A DNA stretch of 32,000 bases from Ruminococcus albus 7 = DSM 20455 (GTDB taxonomy: Bacteria > Bacillota > Clostridia > Oscillospirales > Ruminococcaceae), in the NCBI RefSeq assembly GCF_000179635.2, contig NC_014833.1, positions 3,653,409 through 3,685,408 of the forward strand. The letters run 5' to 3'. How positions within the stretch are numbered: the stretch's first letter is position 1; every line of letters starts with the position of its first letter. Below, one piece after another: positions 16,123 to 26,916 of the stretch. The notes below the pieces were generated by a model, which was given only the letters and a program-made list of their open reading frames with translations, was not told the origin of the DNA and did not search any database. The position numbers and the translations under genes were made by a program.

Positions 16123-16148
16123 TAAAGTGTGTCTATAGACACACTTTA
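16123..16148. repeat. Palindrome copy E (26-bp perfect palindrome), overlapping the integrase stop codon
   Basis: TAAAGTGTGTCTATAGACACACTTTA. The integrase stop codon (TAA on the minus strand) occupies 16146-16148. Confidence 0.95.
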
Positions 16149-17120
16149 GTAAATCTCATCAAGCTTTGTCATCGCAGTCTTTTTTTGCTCCTCTATGACA
16201 TGATAATAGAACTTCATCGTTATCGAAATATCAGAATGACCTAGGATCTCGGAAACGACCTTAATATCAGTTCCTTGTCTGAGCAGCAGCGTTGCAAATG
16301 TATGACGCAGCGCGTGAACAATGTCTTTCTTCCCGTTAATTCCGCAGTTTTTAAGTATACGCGACATAGTGCGATGAATAGCACTTGGATCAACTAACAG
16401 ACCATTCTCCGTGGTGACTATCCTATCATTATCTCCCATTATAGCGTGTATCTTTACTAAAGCATCAAGTGCTGTTTTATTGAGTGGAACATAACGAACA
16501 GAATTTCGTGATTTGGGAGAATTTACTATCTTTTCATACTTCATGCTGCTGTCCCCTCTTGTTTTTACCGACGAAACGCTGTTATGTACGTAAACTATTT
16601 TATTTGTAAAATCTACATCAGACCAACTAAGTGCAAGAGCCTCCCCAACACGCAGACCGGTATTTAGCATAAACACGATGAAATAACCGTACCTATACTT
16701 AAAACTGCCATTATTATAAGTTGAAATAGCTTCGGCAGCAATCGCCCTCGCCTGTTCGGGAGAGTAATATACTACCGTTTCATCAGATTTATTATTTTTG
16801 GGAAGAACAACCGATAGTATAGGATTCTTCTTTATATCCCCTTTTAAAACCGCAAGGTCAAGACAACTCTTCAGATTAACGTATGCTTTTTTGGTAGTAC
16901 TATAAGAAGAACGTTCTGAAAGATTATTCAACATCATTTGAATATCATCAGCAGTCAGTTTCTTTAACTTTATTTTGCCTATAGCCGGGAAGATCTGATA
17001 ATTTAGGCTCTGTTCTACCCTATCATACGAAGAACGCTTTAATGATGGGCGTTTAGTATTAATAAGCCATTTTGTCATGTACTCCTCGACTGTGTTGTTG
17101 CTCTGTTTCTCGAATAACAT
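16146..17120 (-). CDS. Tyrosine site-specific recombinase / integrase, 324 aa
   Basis: Start moved to the ATG at 17120 (RBS GGAGGA). N-terminal SAM-like core-binding domain. Catalytic motifs TGLRVGEALAL (Arg I), HALRHTFAT (H-x-x-R) and LGHSDISITMKFYYH (His/Tyr). Confidence 0.9.
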   Translation of the reverse strand: MLFEKQSNNTVEEYMTKWLINTKRPSLKRSSYDRVEQSLNYQIFPAIGKIKLKKLTADDIQMMLNNLSERSSYSTTKKAYVNLKSCLDLAVLKGDIKKNPILSVVLPKNNKSDETVVYYSPEQARAIAAEAISTYNNGSFKYRYGYFIVFMLNTGLRVGEALALSWSDVDFTNKIVYVHNSVSSVKTRGDSSMKYEKIVNSPKSRNSVRYVPLNKTALDALVKIHAIMGDNDRIVTTENGLLVDPSAIHRTMSRILKNCGINGKKDIVHALRHTFATLLLRQGTDIKVVSEILGHSDISITMKFYYHVIEEQKKTAMTKLDEIY

Positions 17121-17170
17121 TAAAAATATCCTCCAAAGTATGTATTCCTGTGCAAAAACGCACAAGAAAT

Positions 17171-17199
17171 ATAATACCAAAAAGAGGATAACACGTCAA
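17171..17199 (-). promoter_or_regulatory. Probable integrase promoter
   Basis: On the minus strand: TTGACG (plus-strand coordinates 17194-17199), 17 nt spacer, TATTAT (17171-17176). Confidence 0.5.
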
Positions 17200-17299
17200 T
17201 AAATTATATAAAAATACACATCTGATATATCAATATATATATCAGCGAGAAAAAGAACAAACAAATTAAAATTTATTCAAAATTATTTTTTGAAAAGGC

Positions 17300-17328
17300 T
17301 TGACAAATAAAAAACGATGTGCTATAAT
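17300..17328 (+). promoter_or_regulatory. Near-perfect sigma-A promoter firing into ORF-free sequence
   Basis: TTGACA (17300-17305), 17 nt spacer ending in TGC (extended -10), TATAAT (17323-17328). Confidence 0.65.
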
Positions 17329-17334
17329 ACATAT

Positions 17335-18049
17335 AGTGGGCTAGAACAACAAAACACCCACCTGTGGCTTAAATGAACGCCAATTCAAGTAAGCCATCAG
17401 CACAAATGCTCGGCTAAAGCAGATGTGAGACTTTTACAGATGGATGCATCAATGTCCATGTTATCTATTATAGCATGGTTTTGATATATTTGTCAAGGAG
17501 TTTTCAGTATGCTTTTGCGAGTAGTGCTGAGAACTCTTTTCTTTTTCCCGTAAGACTTACGGATCCTACGGCTGACTCCAGTTGAACTGAATAGCCAGAG
17601 AGAGAAAGTAACCTCGACGAGACCTCAATAACTGCTGAATCATTCAGCTGCATTGAAACAGTTTGCATTTGCAAGCCTGCCTAATGGCAGCTACCTCAAT
17701 GTACGCCGTGACCACTTAGTGACAGTAAGTGCAGCGAGTATAAACACTGTGGTGTGAGCTACCGGGGAGGTAATCGGGAAGTCATGGTCTGTATCGACTA
17801 TGCAAAGGGCGCAGCCGACAGCAAGGTGTATTTGCTAAAAGAGTTTGTCACTCTTCAGAATACACTGATGACTAGGCGATCTAAATGATCTGCGTCAAAA
17901 GGAAAACTTTCAAGGCAATCAAAAAAAGTTATTTCCGCTCTGCAACAGCGGTGATAATATAAAACCAACAGGCTGGTATAGCAGTACCGCTTGTTGGCAC
18001 AAATTCACTGAAACCAATGGACTTGTGCCAGCAAGTGAATTGCATACAC
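17335..18049 (+). ncRNA. Candidate large structured non-coding RNA (about 0.7 kb); class unverified, boundaries approximate
   Basis: The supplied track has no ORF of 60 aa or more on either strand between 17181 and 18413. A consensus promoter lies upstream. Many local hairpins are visible: 17548-17562, 17634-17648, 17677-17690, 17935-17951 and a 13-bp stem at 17965-17997. Interleaved pairings 17996-18002/18023-18029 and 18002-18009/18034-18041 have pseudoknot topology. Confidence 0.55.
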
Positions 18050-18065
18050 TGTGTCTATAGACACA
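18050..18065. repeat. Palindrome copy F (16-bp core; right flank CTTTAG as in D and E) at the element/chromosome junction
   Basis: TGTGTCTATAGACACA with flanks ACAC / CTTTAG. It lies 10 nt from the U-tract of the rrn-tRNA operon terminator. Confidence 0.95.
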
Positions 18066-18075
18066 CTTTAGATAT

Positions 18076-18110
18076 GAAAAGCCCCCGCAAGGGAATTTCT
18101 TCCCTCACGG
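18076..18110 (-). terminator. Intrinsic terminator of the rRNA-tRNA operon
   Basis: Minus-strand RNA CCGUGAGGGA-AGAAAU-UCCCUUGCGG (two G-U pairs), followed by GGGCUUUUC. Confidence 0.75.
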
Positions 18111-18116
18111 AGATAG

Positions 18117-18189
18117 CAGGGGCACCAAGGATCGAACTCGGGACACGCGGTTTTGGAGACCGCTGCTCTACCAGCTGAGCTATACCCCT
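18117..18189 (-). tRNA. tRNA-Trp (anticodon CCA)
   Basis: Hand-folded cloverleaf, 73 nt: acceptor AGGGGTA/TGCCCCT, anticodon loop CTCCAAA, T-loop TTCGATC, discriminator G. No encoded CCA. Confidence 0.93.
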
Positions 18190-18198
18190 AAAAAGAAA

Positions 18199-18272
18199 TG
18201 GACCATCAGGGACTCGAACCCCGGACCCACCGGTTATGAGCCGGTTGCTCTGACCAACTGAGCTAATGGTCC
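18199..18272 (-). tRNA. tRNA with anticodon CAT, elongator type (Met, or lysidine-modified Ile2; not resolvable by eye)
   Basis: 74 nt. Acceptor GGACCAT/ATGGTCC, anticodon arm ACCGG-CTCATAA-CCGGT. It lacks the three G:C pairs typical of initiator tRNA. Confidence 0.9.
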
Positions 18273-18322
18273 ATGTACAAAAAAACGCAAACTGAAGAAA
18301 CAGCTTGCGGTCTTGGGAAATA

Positions 18323-18394
18323 TGACCCGTGGGAGAATCGAACTCCCGTCGCCGGCGTGAGAGGCCGGAGTCTTAACCGCTTGACCAACGGGCC
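18323..18394 (-). tRNA. tRNA-Glu (anticodon CTC)
   Basis: 72 nt. GGCCCGTTGGTCAAGCGGTTAAGAC... is the typical Firmicutes tRNA-Glu body. Anticodon loop CTCTCAC. Confidence 0.92.
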
Positions 18395-18421
18395 TTGACG
18401 CTGGTTTTCAGCGTTATAAAG

Positions 18422-18494
18422 TGCACCATCGGGGACTCGAACCCAGGACCCACTGATTAAGAGTCAGTTGCTCTACCATCTGAGCTAATGGTGC
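18422..18494 (-). tRNA. tRNA-Lys (anticodon CTT)
   Basis: 73 nt. Acceptor GCACCAT/ATGGTGC, anticodon arm ACTGA-CTCTTAA-TCAGT. One U-C mismatch in the T-stem. Confidence 0.9.
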
Positions 18495-18529
18495 ATAGAC
18501 CAAAACACTCCGAAGAGTGTTTTGGGAGA

Positions 18530-18645
18530 GCCGGCGACAACTTATTTTCCCGGGCGGTCGCCCGCCGAGTATTTTCAGCGAAGATGAGCTTAACTTCTGT
18601 GTTCGGCATGGGAACAGGTGTGACCTCATCTCAATGATCACCGAC
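18530..18645 (-). rRNA. rrf: 5S ribosomal RNA
   Basis: The minus strand reads GTCGGTGATCATTGAGATGAGGTCACACCTGTTCCCATGCCGAACACAGAAGTTAAGC...GTCGCCGGC, which contains conserved 5S motifs. The terminal helix pairs. Confidence 0.95.
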
Positions 18646-18712
18646 TATAAATTAGAGGTAACAGTAACCTCAAAATTGAATAATGAAGGGTAATTTAAGG
18701 ATTAACATAATT

Positions 18713-21548
<2,836 letters not shown>

Positions 21549-21690
21549 TTAGAATTATGTTATCCTTAATGTTATGCTGATTGTAGTTTTCCCGACTAAT
21601 TTCTTTTAGTCGTTTTCCTCATTTGCATTACTTTTAATATTGCTTCATTATTCAATTTTCAAGTTACTGTCAGAGGACTTTTGTCCTCAG

Positions 21691-21764
<74 letters not shown>

Positions 21765-21843
21765 AAAAATCGCTAAAGCGATGTTTTGGCAACGAGTTTT
21801 AGTTCTCGTCTCAGTTCAGCTGTGTGATTGCGTCCTCGTCCCA

Positions 21844-21919
21844 TGGTGGAGATGAGGAGGATCGAACTCCTGACCCCCTGCTTGCAAAGCAGGTGCTCTC
21901 CCAGCTGAGCTACACCCCC
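21844..21919 (-). tRNA. tRNA-Ala (anticodon TGC) in the 16S-23S spacer, with CCA encoded
   Basis: GGGGGTGTAGCTCAGCTGGGAGAGCACCTGCTTTGCAAGCAGGGGGTCAGGAGTTCGATCCTCCTCATCTCCACCA. The G3:U70 identity pair is present. Confidence 0.95.
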
Positions 21920-22042
21920 GTTTAAGGGACTCTTATGCTCTTTTAAAGATACCTTGCGGCATCCTCAAAATTGAACAACCAGCTGTTTCCACCACTTGCT
22001 GACCGGAGATTTTTTTGAAGTTTTTTAAACTTCGGTTCTCCA

Positions 22043-23556
<1,514 letters not shown>

Positions 23557-23769
23557 GTTGTATCCTAATACTCTTCTCAGAGTAATTATGATCTCAGTTT
23601 CGTTTCACTGAACGTTTGTACATTTTCTTAGTCTTGTACTTGACTCCGATGAATTTATTCATCGTCAATACTTCAATCACTCAAAGTATTTTCAAGGGTT
23701 TTCGTATTCTTGGTTGTTCAATTTTCAAGATGCCTTTTCGTTGTCTGTCTTTTGTCAGACAACTCATTT

Positions 23770-24170
23770 ATTATACCACACTTTTCTTCATTTGTCAACC
23801 CCTTTTCAGAAGTTTTTTGAAGATTTTTTTCATCTCTTTTTCAGAGATTTTTGTGTGTTATAAGCTTTTCTATTATACCACATTTTTCTTCGTTTGTCAA
23901 GTCTTTTTCAGAACTTTTTTGAAGCTTTTTTCTGAGCAGTTCTTTTTTACTGAACTTTTCTCTCGTGCGGTACTTTTTATTATATCACATTTTCTCGCTT
24001 TTGTCAAGACCTTTTGTGATATTTTTTTCTGCCTTTTTTCAAGTTCGCTTTTTCTGAACTACTCCCCCGCTCGTTCTCTTATCCCTAAGTTTCCTGCGGT
24101 TTTTCGCTCTTTTCGCTCGCTCTCTCGTTGACAGCTTAATTATTATACCTCGTTTTGCCTCAAAAGTCAA
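23770..24170 (-). promoter_or_regulatory. Four tandem rRNA promoters (P1-P4)
   Basis: On the minus strand there are four -35/17-nt/-10 units. Plus-strand coordinates, -10/-35: 23770-75/23793-98 (TTGACA-TATAAT), 23872-77/23895-900 (TTGACA-TATAAT), 23979-84/24002-07 (TTGACA-TATAAT), 24142-47/24165-70 (TTGACT-TATAAT). Each sits behind A-tract-rich, UP-element-like sequence. Confidence 0.7.
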
Positions 24171-24341
24171 CCCCTTTTTCGACTTTTATTTTAAACAAAC
24201 AGTTAATATTTCGCGAAAATTTTCCTTTATTTCTACTTTATATTGTTCAGCTTATTTGAACTTAATTTTATACTGGCTATTATTGATAATTAGCTTAATT
24301 TTGCTTTAATTAAAATTATGCAATTAGCTATTTCAAACTAC

Positions 24342-24370
24342 TTGCAAAAGACTTTTTTTAATGATATAAT
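24342..24370 (+). promoter_or_regulatory. Promoter of cls
   Basis: TTGCAA (24342-24347), 17 nt spacer, TATAAT (24365-24370). Confidence 0.55.
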
Positions 24371-24418
24371 AAATCTGTCTTATACTATACATAATATACT
24401 TATAGGGAGGGCAGTAAA

Positions 24419-26038
24419 ATGAAGACCCGCTATGTTTCTGAGGACGGATTTGCTATCAATTCAAAAAAGCCGCGTTCCAAATACTCTAAGCGCCGCAAAA
24501 AACCTAAAAAGCTTATAAATATTATTTTTTCTCAGAAGACCACAATAATACTGATGCTGCTTCTGCAGTTTGTTCAGATATTTGTGATGTTCACTATATT
24601 AAATGAGAACTACAACTATCTCTCAATACTTTTCTCCACTCTCGGTATAGGTGTTGCTATATATATAGTTAATACAGACCGTAATCCTGCATATAAACTC
24701 GCATGGATCGTACCACTGCTCATATTTCCCGTATTTACATCTATATTATATCTTATACTTGCAAACCAGCCTTACAAACGCAAGGTATCAAATGCCTATG
24801 TGAAAAAAAATCTTGATACGCGCTGCTATCTCCCCGAAGACACTGAGCTTACCGAAAAGATAAAAACGCAAGATCCCGAACTTTACCGTCTTGTACGTTA
24901 TCTTGATGACAGTGCCGGATTCCCTGCTTACGGCTGTGAGGATGTTACCTATTTTCCACTTGGTGAAGATAAATTTGCTTCCATGGTAACAGAGATGCGC
25001 AAGGCTGAAAAGTTCATTTTTATGGAATACTTCATAGTTGATGACGGTGAGATGTGGGGAGAGATACTTGATATCCTTGTTGAAAAAGCTTCAGCAGGTG
25101 TTGAAGTCCGTCTGATTGTAGATGGCATGGGTTCTCAGTTCACAATGCCTGCAAAGGATAAAAAAGCTATCGAAAAAGCCGGCGGACGTGTGATAATTTT
25201 CAACAAGTTCCGTCCCATGATCTCTACTATTCAGAATAACCGAGACCACCGCAAGATACTTGTCATCGACGGAAATGTTGGATTTACTGGCGGTGTCAAT
25301 ATAGCAGATGAATATATAAACCGCCTTATCCGTTTCGGCCACTGGAAGGATACCGCAATAATGATCCGCGGTCAGGCTGTGTGGAATCTTACAATGATGG
25401 TACTTCAGATGTGGGAGGTAATTACTCACGAGTCCACCGATTACGAAAAATACCGCCCTTCCCTGTCCTATGAAAACACCTCATCACAGGGCATCATCGT
25501 TCCTTACAGCGATACTCCCCTTGATTCTGAAAAGATCGGCAGAATGGTCTATATGTCTATGATCAATACTTCAAAAAAGTATCTATATATATCTACACCA
25601 TATTTCATACCCGATAACGAGATACTGACTTCCCTTGAACTTGCTGCAAAATCCGGTGTCGATGTCCGCATCATCACACCCCACATTCCCGATAAATGGT
25701 ATATCCAGTGTATCACACGTTCTTATTATATAGAACTTCTGAATATGGGTGTCAAGGTCTATGAGTACGTACCGGGCTTCATCCATGCTAAAAACTGTCT
25801 TTCGGATGACAAGCGTGCAGTTGTTGGAACTATCAATTTTGATTACCGTTCACTTTATCTGCATTTTGAGGATGCCGCCTTTATGCAGGATACTGCCTGC
25901 ATCCCCGATATAAAAGAAGATTTTGATGACCTTTTCGAAAACAAATGCCACCGCATCACTTATGATGATGTTCGCAGACTCAGCTTCGCAAGCCGCTTTA
26001 TGTCCGTAATACTTCGTATTTTCGCACCCTTGCTTTGA
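24419..26038 (+). CDS. cls: Cardiolipin synthase (phospholipase D superfamily)
   Basis: N-terminal TM helices and two HKD motifs (DHRKILVIDGNVGFTGGVN and FIHAKNCLSDDKRAVVGTINFD). 539 aa. Confidence 0.9.
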   Translation: MKTRYVSEDGFAINSKKPRSKYSKRRKKPKKLINIIFSQKTTIILMLLLQFVQIFVMFTILNENYNYLSILFSTLGIGVAIYIVNTDRNPAYKLAWIVPLLIFPVFTSILYLILANQPYKRKVSNAYVKKNLDTRCYLPEDTELTEKIKTQDPELYRLVRYLDDSAGFPAYGCEDVTYFPLGEDKFASMVTEMRKAEKFIFMEYFIVDDGEMWGEILDILVEKASAGVEVRLIVDGMGSQFTMPAKDKKAIEKAGGRVIIFNKFRPMISTIQNNRDHRKILVIDGNVGFTGGVNIADEYINRLIRFGHWKDTAIMIRGQAVWNLTMMVLQMWEVITHESTDYEKYRPSLSYENTSSQGIIVPYSDTPLDSEKIGRMVYMSMINTSKKYLYISTPYFIPDNEILTSLELAAKSGVDVRIITPHIPDKWYIQCITRSYYIELLNMGVKVYEYVPGFIHAKNCLSDDKRAVVGTINFDYRSLYLHFEDAAFMQDTACIPDIKEDFDDLFENKCHRITYDDVRRLSFASRFMSVILRIFAPLL

Positions 26039-26047
26039 GGAGGTATT

Positions 26048-26887
26048 ATGCAGTTATTCAGAAAACCTAAACTCACAAAAAAGAAGATCATTATTCTCAC
26101 AGTAGTTATCATCTTTCTGACTGTCTTCTGTATTTTTCAGAATAAATATCTTACAGTTTCCGAATACACATTCACATCACCGAAAGTACCTGCATCGGCA
26201 GACGGTTTCCGTATCGTACAGGTGTCCGATCTTCATAATGCTAAATTCGGCAGAAATAACTCCCGGCTTATAATCAAGATTAAGGATCAATCTCCCGATA
26301 TAATAGTTATAACAGGCGATATTGCTGACAGCAACCACACCAATATTGATACTGCTGTCAGTTTCTGCGAAGAAGCCGCAAAGATCGCACCATGCTACTA
26401 TATAACAGGCAACCACGAAATGTGGCTTGATGCCGACGAACAGAAAAAACTGTTCAGCGGCATAACCGATGCCGGTGTTACTTTCCTCAAAGATGAAACT
26501 GTCACCCTTGATAACGGCATATCCCTGACAGGTCTTGACGATGAAAGTCTTTATAACGGCACTCTCGCCAAATTGTCTGCCGATATCGACCACGATGCCC
26601 TGCACATAGTCCTTGCACATGAACCTCAGTACTTAGAGGAAGAATACACCCTCTCCTCTCCCGACCTGATAATAACAGGTCATGCCCACGGCGGACAATT
26701 CAGACTTCCGTTTATCGGCGGCATAATCGCCCCTGACCAGGGATTTTTCCCAAAGTATACCTCAGGCGAATATAAAAGCGGCGATACAACCATGTACGTC
26801 AGCCGAGGACTAGGCAACAGCGTTATACCCCTACGAATTTTCAACACTCCAGAGATCAATTTGTTGATAATTAAGGCAAAAAAATGA
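26048..26887 (+). CDS. Membrane-anchored metallophosphoesterase (calcineurin-like)
   Basis: N-terminal TM segment. Motifs VSDLHN, GDIAD, GNHE and GHAHGGQ. Confidence 0.88.
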   Translation: MQLFRKPKLTKKKIIILTVVIIFLTVFCIFQNKYLTVSEYTFTSPKVPASADGFRIVQVSDLHNAKFGRNNSRLIIKIKDQSPDIIVITGDIADSNHTNIDTAVSFCEEAAKIAPCYYITGNHEMWLDADEQKKLFSGITDAGVTFLKDETVTLDNGISLTGLDDESLYNGTLAKLSADIDHDALHIVLAHEPQYLEEEYTLSSPDLIITGHAHGGQFRLPFIGGIIAPDQGFFPKYTSGEYKSGDTTMYVSRGLGNSVIPLRIFNTPEINLLIIKAKK

Positions 26888-26916
26888 CCGATGAAAAATC
26901 TCATCGGTCATTTTTT
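26884..26916. terminator. Bidirectional intrinsic terminator between convergent genes
   Basis: ATGACCGATGA (26884-26894), loop, TCATCGGTCAT (26901-26911). An A-run precedes it and a T-run follows. Confidence 0.8.

Larger units (their letters stand above)
1..18065. mobile_element. Right-hand portion of an integrated conjugative/mobilizable element (left end outside the window); the right boundary is placed at the last palindrome copy, next to the rrn-tRNA operon terminator
   Basis: Contains a T4SS coupling protein, a RepA_N-like gene, topoisomerase III, an RM enzyme, a toxin-like kinase and a terminal tyrosine integrase. The cargo is visibly more AT-rich than the housekeeping flank. Housekeeping content (tRNA/rRNA) starts immediately right of 18076. 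Confidence 0.7.

Noticed and set aside
17786-17803. GGTCTGTATCGACTA inside the candidate RNA loosely resembles the palindrome core (GTCT..AT.GAC), hinting at a guide function
   Set aside because: The match needs gaps and several mismatches, and short similarity of this kind is expected by chance. It does not count as evidence for RNA guidance.
17335-18049. The ORF-free region read as RNase P RNA, tmRNA, 6S RNA, a group II intron or a riboswitch leader
   Set aside because: I could not find the RNase P universal GAGGAAAGTCC-type segment, a tRNA-like 3' end or tag reading frame, or a domain V-like hairpin. It is too long for 6S RNA and no downstream gene is available for a riboswitch.
5904-18065. 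The six palindromes read as a CRISPR array or as REP/MITE-type repeats
   Set aside because: Spacing is 1.2-5.3 kb with whole genes between copies, not 25-50 bp spacers. No cas genes are present. The copies are restricted to the mobile-element cargo rather than dispersed through the chromosome.
18414-18641. ORF 18414..18641 (-), 75 aa
   Set aside because: It overlaps tRNA-Lys and the 5S rRNA on the same strand, so it is not coding.
23616-24131. ORF 23616..24131 (+), 171 aa, Phe/Leu-rich
   Set aside because: It is a reading frame through the T-rich tandem rRNA promoter repeats. It has no RBS, and its repetitive low-complexity sequence mirrors the DNA repeats.
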